From positions 1-40,296 of IMG/VR virus record IMGVR_UViG_3300037851_000175: a stretch of DNA of 40,296 nt; one strand, given 5' to 3'. This DNA is from a virus. Lineage: Duplodnaviria > Caudoviricetes. The stretch's first letter is position 1; the number at the start of each line of letters is the position of its first letter. Under the pieces are notes generated by a model. It was not told where the DNA came from. It saw nothing but the letters and a program-made list of their open reading frames with translations, and ran no database searches. Both the position numbers and the translations under genes were made by a program. This document shows positions 8,326-17,767 of this stretch, piece by piece.

Positions 8326-8481
8326 GGGGTGGAGAGAGAGAGGAGAGGGGGTAGGGGGTGAGGAGAGTAAGAGGCGGGGTTTCCCGTTCTCTGCTACTCT
8401 CTTACACTTTTTCTCTCTCGAATTTCCGCTAATTGTCCGCGCATAGTTCGCATTTCCGCGCCCGCCCTTTCGAAAATCATC

Positions 8482-8510
8482 TTGACAGCGTTTTGTTTCC
8501 CGTGTACCTT
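8482..8510 (+). promoter_or_regulatory. Sigma70-type promoter for the late operon
   Basis: TTGACA (8482-8487), 17-bp spacer, TACCTT (8505-8510), in the only large intergenic gap. Confidence 0.7.
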
Positions 8511-8521
8511 CCACCGCCAGA

Positions 8522-8640
8522 GTCCCCGTATCGATGTCACTGCAACCGGTTACAGCTTAACCGCCCGCACACGCGATACGACCTGGGGTGGTTTGCCCAG
8601 CCACCCCGGGGCCTCCTCTCGGGGGAGAGCGAGGCGGGAC
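8522..8640 (+). ncRNA. Putative structured leader RNA (four-way junction)
   Basis: P1 8522-26/8636-40; P2 8527-33/8574-80 with inner stem 8547-52/8558-63; P3 8582-93/8599-8610; P4 8611-20/8625-35. Confidence 0.55.
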
Positions 8641-8707
8641 GGACCCCGGGCGGAGGTTGGCTGGCTCACTCAATCGGGCGGTTGAGGTCGTTAGGACTCG
8701 TAAAACC

Positions 8708-9262
8708 ATGGCGGCAAAGGGCACTTTCAAAATCGGGGAGGCCACAAAAAGCAAGATCGTCGCCGCGAAACTGGCCGGCAAACCCCAGTCGGTCATCGCG
8801 CACGAGGTCGGAGTCAGCGACGCGGCCGTCAGCGTCGTACTCAGCGATCCAACCACGCAGCAGCTCTTCCCTCAAATCCGCTATGTCCTGCGAGATCTGA
8901 TAGTTAAGGCCTCTCAACTGGTCTATCAGGACTGCGTCAAGATCCTCGAGACCGCGGACAAGCTCAACCACGAGCAGCGGCTCAAGCTCCACGATCACGT
9001 CCTGCGGGTGGTCACTCATGGCGAGATCGCCCCGCCGCAGGCTCCGGCTGTGGCCATTGGCGGAGACGGATCTCCCGTACCGACAGGCGGTTACAAGCTC
9101 GAGGAGCTGCTGATTTCCGTGCGCCGGGCGACCGCCGGACCTCCTGAGATGTCGCCCCAGCAGACAGGACAATCCCCTCATGGCAACGGCAACGGTCACG
9201 CGAACGGAAATGGCCATCCTCCCCTCCTCCCCGAGCCCGGCAACGGCCATCCCCGAAAGTGA
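8708..9262 (+). CDS. Putative terminase small subunit (N-terminal HTH)
   Basis: GKPQSVIAHEVGVSDAAVSVVL HTH, helical middle, disordered tail; first late gene, upstream of TerL. Confidence 0.65.
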   Translation: MAAKGTFKIGEATKSKIVAAKLAGKPQSVIAHEVGVSDAAVSVVLSDPTTQQLFPQIRYVLRDLIVKASQLVYQDCVKILETADKLNHEQRLKLHDHVLRVVTHGEIAPPQAPAVAIGGDGSPVPTGGYKLEELLISVRRATAGPPEMSPQQTGQSPHGNGNGHANGNGHPPLLPEPGNGHPRK

Positions 9263-9779
9263 GATTGACTGGGCGCGCTCCGTCGCCTTGTCGGTCTCAA
9301 CCCGGTACGGCCTCTGGCGAGACTACGGGTGGGACGAGGACGAGGCGATCCAGGTCGCGCGTATCGCCGCCTGGGAGTCCTGGCGGGTCTACGACCCAGG
9401 GCGCGGTCCCTACCGCACCTGGGCCTACCCTCGGATCCGCGGCGCCGTCATCGACACCGTCCGCCGGCGGGTGATGTCGCATGGAGACGCCGAGGCGATC
9501 GCGGCCAATCAACCGGACCTGGAGGCCTGGCCGGATGAGGCGGCGCACCAGGCTCGGATTCGGCGAGCGGTCGAGTGGGCGCTCATGCTGCTCTCTCCCC
9601 GGCACCGAGCGGTCCTGGCCGGCTACTACCTGCTCGGACTCAGCCAGGAGGAGATTGGCGGGCGGCTCGGCGTCGGCCGCTGCATGGTCCACAAGCTGCG
9701 AGGCGAGGCGCTGATGAGCCTGCGGGCTCTGTTCAGGGAGCGCGGCCTCGACGTACAGGACATCGGATGGCAGGCGTAG
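9210..9779 (+). CDS. Sigma70-family RNA polymerase sigma factor (regions 2 and 4 only); start uncertain
   Basis: Region 2 EAIQVARIAAWESWRVYDPGRGPYRTWAYPRIRGAVIDTVRR; region 4 LSPRHRAVLAGYYLLGLSQEEIGGRLGVGRCMVHKLRGEALMSLR. Confidence 0.87.
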   Translation: MAILPSSPSPATAIPESEIDWARSVALSVSTRYGLWRDYGWDEDEAIQVARIAAWESWRVYDPGRGPYRTWAYPRIRGAVIDTVRRRVMSHGDAEAIAANQPDLEAWPDEAAHQARIRRAVEWALMLLSPRHRAVLAGYYLLGLSQEEIGGRLGVGRCMVHKLRGEALMSLRALFRERGLDVQDIGWQA

Positions 9780-11503
9780 CCTCCCTCCCGATGGACCGCC
9801 AGCGCGCCGTGTTCCAGGTCTGGGCCGATCACATCCCGTTTGTGGCGGCGACCTCAATACGCGATAAGGGCGGCAACCAGGTCCCGCTGATCCTCTCACC
9901 TGGCCAGATCAAGCTCCACCAGGCCATCCAGCGGCAGGAGCAACGCGGCGAGCCGATCCGCGTGGTGGTCCTCAAGGCACGGCAGACGCACTTCTCGGTT
10001 GGCTGCACGGCGGAGTTGTGGCGCCGAGTGGCGTTTCTCCGCGGCCAGAAAGCACGCGTGTACGCCGATGTCAGCGACAATACGCGCAACCTCTACGGCT
10101 ACTGGGAGCAGATGATCTCCCACTACCGGATGGTCGAGGGGCTCGGCCAGCTCGCGCTCCTCGACAAGGGGCAGTGGACCAACGAACTTATCTCGTTCGA
10201 GGGCGGCGGGATGGTGGACTTCGGCAGTGCCGAGCGCGCCACCGGAGGACGCTCTCATGCGGTTCGCTACCTGCATCTGTCCGAGTTCGCGTTCTGGCGG
10301 GACGCCCGCACCCTCATGGTCGGCCTCATGGCATCGGTGCCGTACGAGCCCGAGACCATGGTCATTGTCGAAAGCACGGCCAACGGTTTGGGCGGTCCCT
10401 ACTACGACCTCTGGCGGCAGGCCTACGACCGGCAAGGCAAGGACGAGCACGCCTGGGCTCCCGTGTTCTTCGCTTGGCACGAGCACCCCGAGTACCGCAT
10501 CGCGGTCCAGGATCCGGACAAATTCCAGGCGTCGATGACCGATGAGGAGTGGACGCTCCAGCAGCGATACTCCCTGCATCTCGAGCAGCTCGCCTGGCGG
10601 CGCGTCAAGATCGCGACCGACTACAGCGGAGACCCGCGCGGGTTCGCGCAGGAGTTCCCCGGCAATCCCGAGGAGGCGTTCCTCACCTCCGGTTCGCCGC
10701 GGTTCTACCTGCCGGCCATCCAGCGTCTACCGCGGCGCGAGGATGCGGTCACCGGACACCTTGAGCGAGTCCAGGTCGGCACTCTGCAGCGGCTGCAATT
10801 CCTCAGCCAGGCCGACGGGCGCGGACCGCTCAAGGTCTACCGCCGGCCGGTGGAGGGCGAGGCGTACGTCCTCGGAATCGATGTGGCGGAGGGGATCGAC
10901 GCATCCGCCGGCAAGGGCTCGCGCGACTCTGACTTCTCGGTCGCGCACGTCCTCAACGCACACACCGGAGAGCAGGCAGCAGTGCTCCGGGGCCGGTTCG
11001 AGCCCGCCGTGTTCGCGCAGATGGTGTACGACCTCGGGCAGTGGTTTGGATGGGCGTGGATGGTGCCGGAGGCGAACGGGCCCGGCCTGGCGTTTCTGGG
11101 TGAGGTCATGCGCCTGCAGTATCCGATCACGCGCATCTATCACCGCAAGCGCGATCCCGATGATCGGCGTACGCCGTTGCTGCAGGAACTCGGCTGGAAG
11201 ACAACCTCGACCTCGCGGCCTGACCTGCTCTCGCGACTGGACCGGGCTTTGCTCGAGGGCGCTCTCCAGGTGTACGACCCCATCACCGTGGGCGAGCTGC
11301 AGACGTTCGTGGTGCTACCCAACGGCCGGGCCGAGGCCTCCGAGGGAGCGCACGACGATTGCGTCATCGCGCTGGCTCTGTGCGTGGTCGGCATCGACAC
11401 CATGCCGCGGCTCACCCTCGGTAAACAGGAGCGGCATCCATGGCGACCAGTGAAGTGGACCAGCGCCACACGCCGGACGCGCGTGGGAGAGGACGACGAC
11501 TGA
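9767..11503 (+). CDS. terL: Terminase large subunit
   Basis: Walker A VLKARQ, Walker B LHLSEFAFW, ESTANG, RNase H-like LGIDVAEG, SDFS, PEANGPG, HDDCVIALAL. Confidence 0.96.
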   Translation: MAGVASLPMDRQRAVFQVWADHIPFVAATSIRDKGGNQVPLILSPGQIKLHQAIQRQEQRGEPIRVVVLKARQTHFSVGCTAELWRRVAFLRGQKARVYADVSDNTRNLYGYWEQMISHYRMVEGLGQLALLDKGQWTNELISFEGGGMVDFGSAERATGGRSHAVRYLHLSEFAFWRDARTLMVGLMASVPYEPETMVIVESTANGLGGPYYDLWRQAYDRQGKDEHAWAPVFFAWHEHPEYRIAVQDPDKFQASMTDEEWTLQQRYSLHLEQLAWRRVKIATDYSGDPRGFAQEFPGNPEEAFLTSGSPRFYLPAIQRLPRREDAVTGHLERVQVGTLQRLQFLSQADGRGPLKVYRRPVEGEAYVLGIDVAEGIDASAGKGSRDSDFSVAHVLNAHTGEQAAVLRGRFEPAVFAQMVYDLGQWFGWAWMVPEANGPGLAFLGEVMRLQYPITRIYHRKRDPDDRRTPLLQELGWKTTSTSRPDLLSRLDRALLEGALQVYDPITVGELQTFVVLPNGRAEASEGAHDDCVIALALCVVGIDTMPRLTLGKQERHPWRPVKWTSATRRTRVGEDDD

Positions 11504-11504
11504 G

Positions 11505-13802
11505 ATGCAGCCCGAAGATACCACCAGCCCCATCGACCCCCGGCAGATCGAGCCCAACGGCGAGGCGATGCCCATCGAAGCGCAGCCCGAGCTGCCACGC
11601 GAGGAGCAAGACGGATTCAGCTACCGCGGCCTGGCGATGGGGGAGACCGAGCGGAAGCGCCTGGCGCGACACATCGAACAAGAGATCAACGTCGCAAACG
11701 CGGACCACCAGGAGCGGTTGCGGCGGTTCGCGAAGTACCGCGATATGTTCCGGCAGTGGACGCAGCCTCCGCGCAAGGGAGAGGAGCACGTCAGCCCGTA
11801 CCGCGTGCCGATCTTCCTTTGGACGCTGCTCGCGGCCTGGTCGCGCATGGTGGACGCCGTCACCGGCGAGGACTCCGAAGTGGTTGCTGAGCCCCGCGGC
11901 CCGAGCGACCAAAAGGTAGTCACCAAGATCGCGCGGTACTTCGACTGGCTGCTCGACATGAGCGGCTGGACGCGGACATGGCTGGTCTGGAGCTTGCGCG
12001 CGCTGATCTACGGCAGAGCGTTCGTGTACAGGCCGTGGGAACTCCGCGTCGATGGCGACGGAAACACGGTCTACGACGGGCCCTCGGTGCTGCCCCTGGA
12101 GCCCGAGCAGGTGATCCTGCCGGGCGTCAAGGCCGCGATCGACGTGCATACCGCGCCATGGGTGGCGCTGCAGTTCGAGCGGTCTCCCCAATCGCTGCTT
12201 GACGGTGAGCGCGCCGGCCGGTACTTCGGAGTCAAGGAGGACTTCGGGACGCTGGTGCGCCTGGCGCAGATGCACGGCTACCTGAGCAATCAGCCGATGT
12301 CGGACGCCATCGACCAGGAAGGCGAGCACACCGGCATCCAGATCAACTCGCAGTCGCAGTCCGGCGACACGCTATTCGTCCTCGAATGGTACGGGCGCTG
12401 GCGGTTGCCGCTCGATCCGGCCACCGAAGAGGACGTGCCGATCGACGACTTTGGCGCGCGGTCGATGGACGAAACCGATGTGCTGGTCCGGTGCCTGCCG
12501 GAGGACAACTACCGCGTGATTGGGGTGGAGCGGCTCAAGGACATCTACCCGAAGATGGAGCACATCCGGCCCATCAGCGAGTTGCGCTTAGTCCACGACG
12601 GCTCGCTCTGGCCTCCCGGCATGGGCGAGATGATCGAGACCAACGAGGATGAGCTGACCTCAATCTGGCGTCAGTTCATGGCCTCGGTCAAGCTGGCGTC
12701 GGCTCCGATCCTGCTCTACAAGCCCGCCTCCGGGCTGCGCCCTGAAGTGATCTCGCTCGAGCCCGGCACGGCGATCCCCTGCGAGGATCCCAATGGAGCC
12801 AAGTGGCTCACCGTGCAGCCCGACTACGCCGGTCTCATCAACGCGATGCAGTTTCTGATGTCGATCGTGGAGCGGCTGACCGGGATCAGCGACATGGCGC
12901 TCGGCCGCACCGTCGATCGCCCCAACGCGCCGCGGACCGCAACGGGCCAGGTCGCGATGTTGGAAGCGGGCAACACGCGGCTCAAGCTCGATCGAATCGC
13001 CTTCAGCGAAGACCTCTCCGTGTTCCTGTTCGACGTGTGGGAGATGGTCTGCAGCATGGGCGCGCCGGAGTTGTTCTTCCGCGTGACCGAGGAGGATGCC
13101 GGAGGGTTGCTCCAGACCTCGGGCGGGTTCGCCAAGATCACCGCGGAAGAGCGCGCCGGACGGTTCGACTTCCGCCTCAAGTTCGCCACATCGCCATGGG
13201 CGAAGGCCGCTCGCGACGAACGGACGCTGCAGCGGTATCAGTTGGACCTCGGCAATCCGCTCATTGCGACCAATCCGCAGGCGCTGTGGTCGATCACCAA
13301 CGAGGTTCACAAGGCGCTCGGCGACGAGAGTTTCGAACAGATGGTGCCGCCGCCGCCTGAACTGGACGTGCCGAAGAACGCGCGCCTCGAATGGGCGCTG
13401 ATGCAGCAGGGCGAAGAAGCCCCGGTGCATCCACTCGACAACGATCAACAGCATCTGATGGAGCACGAGCAACAGTTGGTCACCGCGCAGCAGGGCGAGT
13501 ACCGGGACGAGGACGCGGAGGTCAAGCTTCTGGTCCACATCCGGGCGCACCGCGAGCAGCTCGTGCAGAAGCAAGCGGCAATGCAGATCGCTGGACAGAT
13601 GATGCAAGCCATGGCAGCGGGGATGGGGGCGCAGGCGCAGGCAACGGCCCCAGAGGACGCCGAGCCCGGAGCGTCGCCGTCGATGGGTGGCGCTCCCCCC
13701 GCAGCCTCTCCCGTGCCGGGCCCGGCTACGCCACAGATGCCCGCCGTCGGCGAGACCATGCGGCAGAACATCGGAGCCCTGATGGGCGGAGGCGGGGCAT
13801 GA
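11505..13802 (+). CDS. Portal protein (P22-like)
   Basis: 765 aa directly after TerL; ERLTGISDMALG...RTATGQVAMLEAGNTR motif; Gln-rich C-terminal coiled region. Confidence 0.88.
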   Translation: MQPEDTTSPIDPRQIEPNGEAMPIEAQPELPREEQDGFSYRGLAMGETERKRLARHIEQEINVANADHQERLRRFAKYRDMFRQWTQPPRKGEEHVSPYRVPIFLWTLLAAWSRMVDAVTGEDSEVVAEPRGPSDQKVVTKIARYFDWLLDMSGWTRTWLVWSLRALIYGRAFVYRPWELRVDGDGNTVYDGPSVLPLEPEQVILPGVKAAIDVHTAPWVALQFERSPQSLLDGERAGRYFGVKEDFGTLVRLAQMHGYLSNQPMSDAIDQEGEHTGIQINSQSQSGDTLFVLEWYGRWRLPLDPATEEDVPIDDFGARSMDETDVLVRCLPEDNYRVIGVERLKDIYPKMEHIRPISELRLVHDGSLWPPGMGEMIETNEDELTSIWRQFMASVKLASAPILLYKPASGLRPEVISLEPGTAIPCEDPNGAKWLTVQPDYAGLINAMQFLMSIVERLTGISDMALGRTVDRPNAPRTATGQVAMLEAGNTRLKLDRIAFSEDLSVFLFDVWEMVCSMGAPELFFRVTEEDAGGLLQTSGGFAKITAEERAGRFDFRLKFATSPWAKAARDERTLQRYQLDLGNPLIATNPQALWSITNEVHKALGDESFEQMVPPPPELDVPKNARLEWALMQQGEEAPVHPLDNDQQHLMEHEQQLVTAQQGEYRDEDAEVKLLVHIRAHREQLVQKQAAMQIAGQMMQAMAAGMGAQAQATAPEDAEPGASPSMGGAPPAASPVPGPATPQMPAVGETMRQNIGALMGGGGA

Positions 13803-13882
13803 CCCCGTCCTGGTCGCTCTGGTGCGGCGCGGTCGCCGCGGTGCTGGTCCTGATCGCGAAGGCCTGGAGAGATAGCGAGTGA
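13799..13882 (+). CDS. Putative 27-aa single-TM micro-protein
   Basis: MTPSWSLWCGAVAAVLVLIAKAWRDSE; GGAGG RBS; ATGA/GTGA overlaps on both sides. Confidence 0.45.
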   Translation: MTPSWSLWCGAVAAVLVLIAKAWRDSE

Positions 13883-14016
13883 AGCCTGACCCGCCCATCA
13901 TTCGCGTGAACCGGTACGGCTATCCGGTCGAGCTGGCGACCGCCACCTACAAGAGCCCGTACCCGCCGCCTCCCAAACCAAAGCCTGCGAAGAAAGGCAA
14001 GCGCCATGCAGGCTGA
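13879..14016 (+). CDS. Putative 45-aa Pro/Lys-rich peptide
   Basis: GTG start, GGAGA RBS; VKPDPPIIRVNRYGYPVELATATYKSPYPPPPKPKPAKKGKRHAG; fills the gap. Confidence 0.45.
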   Translation: MKPDPPIIRVNRYGYPVELATATYKSPYPPPPKPKPAKKGKRHAG

Positions 14017-14272
14017 GCACATTTCCTTCGTCCAGGAGATCGCGGAGGAGTCCGACTCCATCCGCGAGTTGCTCCGGTCGCCGGGCTGGTTCCTGATGCG
14101 GCGCCGCGTGGAGGAACTGCTCGAACAGTCCAAGTTCTTGCTGGAGGAGACGCAGCCGGAGATGTCCACAGCCGAGGCGAGAGGTCGCATCCGTGCTTTG
14201 CGCCAGGTGCTGTTGCTGCCCGAGGTTCTGCTTCAGGAGCAACGCTCGCAACGGAAAGGGCGGAGCGCGTGA
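14006..14272 (+). CDS. Small post-portal head assembly protein
   Basis: LLRSPGWFLMRRRVEE...RGRIRALRQVLLLPE pattern typical of the gene after podoviral portals. Confidence 0.7.
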   Translation: MQAEHISFVQEIAEESDSIRELLRSPGWFLMRRRVEELLEQSKFLLEETQPEMSTAEARGRIRALRQVLLLPEVLLQEQRSQRKGRSA

Positions 14273-14634
14273 GCGAACACCCCACCGTCGTCATCGGCGA
14301 ACGCTGTATGCACTGCTGCAAGTTCTTCTCGCCTGCCAGCTTGCAGCGGTTCAGCGGCAACGTGGCGCTGTGCGAGCAGTGCGTAGACAATCACCGGCGC
14401 GCGCTGGAGGTCATGATTCGCGCCTCCATCGACCAGCCGGTGCAGACTCCCGAGTGCGCCTGGTGCCACGCCACGGTAAACGCCGACGCGCCCCACGGCG
14501 ACAAGAGGATGTATCTCGTGCATGAGCACGGGGTGATGGCGCTGATCTGCAGTATGTGCCTTCCGGCCTACGAGCAGCAGCGGCGCGAACGATTGCGGGG
14601 CACCCCGTACGGTCGCGAGAAAGGCCTGTGTTAA
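14269..14634 (+). CDS. Cys-rich zinc-finger protein
   Basis: Four CxxC motifs (CMHC, CEQC, CAWC, CSMC). Confidence 0.7.
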   Translation: MSEHPTVVIGERCMHCCKFFSPASLQRFSGNVALCEQCVDNHRRALEVMIRASIDQPVQTPECAWCHATVNADAPHGDKRMYLVHEHGVMALICSMCLPAYEQQRRERLRGTPYGREKGLC

Positions 14635-14641
14635 GGAGCGC

Positions 14642-15526
14642 ATGAGCGACACCTACATTCCCGGCGCCAAAGACGCCGTGGACATCCTGCCACTTCCGGG
14701 TGATGACATCGACGATGCCACGCCCAAGCCCGATCCGCAGCCCGGTGAGGGCGCGGACAAGGACAAACCGAAGGACAAGGACGGCGAGGGTGGCGAGCCC
14801 GAGCCGAAGCTGACCGCGCGCGAGCGCAAGGAACTCGACCGCCTGCGGGCCGAACTCGAGGAGACGCGATTCTCCGAGAAGCAACTCCGCAAGACGCTCG
14901 AGCAGGTCACCGCCAAGCCCGCCGAGCGCAAGGGCGGAAAGCCCGAGGGCGACGATGACGAGGAAGATCCGCTCGACGCGGGCGATCCGTCGAAGGACAT
15001 CGAAGAACTCACGACCAAGGGACTGAAAACCCTACAGAAGAAGGGGTTTCTGACGGCGAAGGACGCCAAGAAGCTCATTGCTTCAGTGGTCTCTGAGATG
15101 GAATCGAAGGTAGACGCGAAGGTTGAGGCGCGCGTGCAGGAGTTTGTGCGCAATGCCGACGGCGCGGCGAGCCTGCTCAACGAGTACCCCGAACTGCGCG
15201 ACGCGAAATCGGAGTTTTCGCAGGCGGTCAAGGCCGAATACGCGGCCCTGGTCGATGAGGACCCCGATTTGAAGGAATCGCGCACCGCGTGGAAGATGGC
15301 CGCTCGCCTGGTCGCCGCCAGGAACGGCAAGGACGGCCGCAGGGCCGACCCGGAAGACGATCGCCGGGACCGCATCCGCCGTCAGGCTCCCGAAGTGGAC
15401 TCTGGCCGGCCGAACGGGTCCGGTGGAACGCGCATCACATCCGAGGAGCGGGAGTTCATCTCGCGCCTGGGCGTCAAGGAGTCCGATTTTCTCCGCCAGA
15501 AGTCAGCCCTGGGAGGTAGACGATGA
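14642..15526 (+). CDS. Capsid scaffolding protein
   Basis: TAAGGAG RBS; acidic, disordered N-terminus, coiled coils, C-terminal ITSEEREFISRLGVKESDFLRQK; position before capsid genes. Confidence 0.8.
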   Translation: MSDTYIPGAKDAVDILPLPGDDIDDATPKPDPQPGEGADKDKPKDKDGEGGEPEPKLTARERKELDRLRAELEETRFSEKQLRKTLEQVTAKPAERKGGKPEGDDDEEDPLDAGDPSKDIEELTTKGLKTLQKKGFLTAKDAKKLIASVVSEMESKVDAKVEARVQEFVRNADGAASLLNEYPELRDAKSEFSQAVKAEYAALVDEDPDLKESRTAWKMAARLVAARNGKDGRRADPEDDRRDRIRRQAPEVDSGRPNGSGGTRITSEEREFISRLGVKESDFLRQKSALGGRR

Positions 15527-16257
15527 GTTTCCAGGAAATCAACCGGCGGCGGAGAGCCGAGGCGGAAGCCCGGAGAGCGTCACAGGAGACGATTCGCTCA
15601 TCCGGTGTTGGCGAGTCGAGGGTTTTTTCGGCTCCCGAGGGATCGTTCGAGGCCAAGCAGATGGATTGGTCGCAACTGACCATCAACCAAGCCCCGATTC
15701 CGCAGCATCTGTGGGGGCTGGTCCCCTACGAGATGACGGACCAGGGCGTGGCCGAGAAGAACGAGGGCAAGGAACCGGCGCGCGCGTCGGTACTGTCCGA
15801 TCCCATCGAGAAGCACGTCGCGGAGCGCAAGGACGCGGTCAAGAGCCGCGGCATGGCCTCATGGGAGGCGCCGGACGTGCGCAAGGAAGTCGCCGAGAAG
15901 CACGTCAAGCCCGGCTTCAAGGCGCGGTTGCTCAGTCCCCGCAAGGTGGAACTCGAGGGCACGCGCGGATGGGAGCCGGTGACGGACCGCAACGGCGATC
16001 CGGTCAAGGTGGGCAACTTGATTCTCGGGCAAATGCCCGAGGCGAAGGTCGCCCAGAGGAACAAGCATTATCGCGACCAGGCGAACGCTCGCCTGCAGCG
16101 CGAAGCAGAAGGCTACCAGGAGCAGCAAGCGCGGCTGTTGCGTGAGAGTGGAATCTCTCCCGATGCCGTGCGCCCCCGCAGCGGGGAAGACGGACTCCAG
16201 ATCGCACAGGGAAATGACGCTGGCTCCACGGATGTCCAGCAATTCTTTTCGACGTAA
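15523..16257 (+). CDS. Conserved head-module protein of unknown function
   Basis: RGWEPV...VGNLILGQMPE...QRNKHY motif seen between scaffold and capsid genes of related podoviruses. Confidence 0.7.
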   Translation: MSFQEINRRRRAEAEARRASQETIRSSGVGESRVFSAPEGSFEAKQMDWSQLTINQAPIPQHLWGLVPYEMTDQGVAEKNEGKEPARASVLSDPIEKHVAERKDAVKSRGMASWEAPDVRKEVAEKHVKPGFKARLLSPRKVELEGTRGWEPVTDRNGDPVKVGNLILGQMPEAKVAQRNKHYRDQANARLQREAEGYQEQQARLLRESGISPDAVRPRSGEDGLQIAQGNDAGSTDVQQFFST

Positions 16258-16269
16258 GGAGTCCACACT

Positions 16270-16791
16270 ATGGCGAACACCAACGCGCCCTTCGGCCTGC
16301 AGCCGACCGGGCGCAACCTCGCCGGTTCTTTCGCCCTGGAAATCGAGCACATGACGGTTGCGACCGCCGATGTGGTCTACCCGGGCGACGCAGTCAACCA
16401 GCTCGCGGACGGCACGATCGAGGCCGACTCCGCCACTCCCGGCACCACGCTCTACACCGGCGTCAGCCTCGGCTACAAGGCCGCGACGATCGCCAGCAAG
16501 ACCGTGCCGGTGGTAGTGGATCCTCTCGCGATCTTCATCGCGCAGGCCTCGACCTCACTGGCCAGCCCCGCCGACGCGGGTCTCAACGCCAACCTCGTGC
16601 TCACCGCGGGCGATTCCACGATTCTGCGCTCCAAGCACAGCATCGACGGAACGACCGAGGCTGTCACCAGCTCGCTGGACGTGAAGCTCAAGCGGCTCGC
16701 GCCCATCGTGGGCAACGAATCGGGCAACTACTCCATTTGGGAAGTTGTCTTCAACAAGCACCGCAACAACCCCGCGGTTGCCGGCGTGTAA
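16270..16791 (+). CDS. Capsid decoration/cement protein
   Basis: TAAGGAG RBS; MANTNAPFGLQP...VYPGDAV...VVVDPLAIFIAQ; beta-rich; immediately before MCP. Confidence 0.75.
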   Translation: MANTNAPFGLQPTGRNLAGSFALEIEHMTVATADVVYPGDAVNQLADGTIEADSATPGTTLYTGVSLGYKAATIASKTVPVVVDPLAIFIAQASTSLASPADAGLNANLVLTAGDSTILRSKHSIDGTTEAVTSSLDVKLKRLAPIVGNESGNYSIWEVVFNKHRNNPAVAGV

Positions 16792-16818
16792 CGGAGAAGG
16801 AGTCAAAGGAGAAACACC

Positions 16819-17736
16819 ATGCAGATCAGAGGCAATTTCAGCGACTTCTTCTTCGAAACGGCGCTTCCTGCCCTCCGCACCGTCATCGGCCGCGAATGGG
16901 CCGAGTATCCCGAGATGTACTCTCAGGTGCTCCGCGTCGAGTCTTCGGATCGCTCCATCGAACAGACCTCCCAGGTGTCCGGCGTTCGCCTGCTCTCGGA
17001 GATCGGTGAAGGCGAGTCCATCACCACCGACAACATCATCCAGGGGTTCGACAAGACGTTCCGCCACAGCAAGTTTGGCCTGGCGGTCCCGACCACCCAG
17101 GAAATGATCGACGATGACAAGTTCCGGCTTGTCACCGAAAGCCACCAGGGCCTCGCCCGCTCCACCAAGGAGACGATCGAGATTCAGGGCGCGTCGATCC
17201 TCAACAACGCGTTCTCCACGGTCACCGGCCCCGATGGCAAGGTGCTGTGCGCGAGCGATCACCCGCTCATCAAGAACGGCGGCACCCAGGCCAACCTGGC
17301 GAGCGTGTCCGCCGATCTCGACTTCGTCAGCCTCTCGTTGGCCCTGGCCGACATGGAACTGATGAAGGACTCGGCGGGACTGCTGCAGATCATCCCGGCG
17401 AAGCGCCTGGTGGTCGCCACAGCCAACCGGCTGATGGCGGCCGAGATCACCAAGTCCGCGGACCGGCCCGACACGGCCAACCGCGCGACCAACGCGCTGA
17501 AATACGCGCGCGATGGGATGCCGGAGGTCATGGTCTATCCGTACCTCACGGATCCCGACGCCTGGTTCTTGATGGCCCCGGCGAAACAGACCAAGCTCTA
17601 TTGGTTCTGGCGGAAGCGTCCGTACACCAAGAGCTGGTTCAACGATGAGCGCGAAGTCGGCTATGTCGGCACCCGCTACCGCGCCTCCTACGGCTTTGCC
17701 GACTGGCAAGGCGTGTGGGGGAATCCGGGGGCCTAG
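16819..17736 (+). CDS. Major capsid protein (HK97 fold, Mu gpT-like family)
   Basis: AAGGAG RBS; EIGEGESI, TQEMIDDD, GPDGKVLCASDHP, PYLTDPDAWFL, RYRASYGFADWQGVWGNPGA. Confidence 0.92.
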   Translation: MQIRGNFSDFFFETALPALRTVIGREWAEYPEMYSQVLRVESSDRSIEQTSQVSGVRLLSEIGEGESITTDNIIQGFDKTFRHSKFGLAVPTTQEMIDDDKFRLVTESHQGLARSTKETIEIQGASILNNAFSTVTGPDGKVLCASDHPLIKNGGTQANLASVSADLDFVSLSLALADMELMKDSAGLLQIIPAKRLVVATANRLMAAEITKSADRPDTANRATNALKYARDGMPEVMVYPYLTDPDAWFLMAPAKQTKLYWFWRKRPYTKSWFNDEREVGYVGTRYRASYGFADWQGVWGNPGA

Positions 17737-17767
17737 GGCTTCTCCGGCCGCAACACTGCCACCTGAC

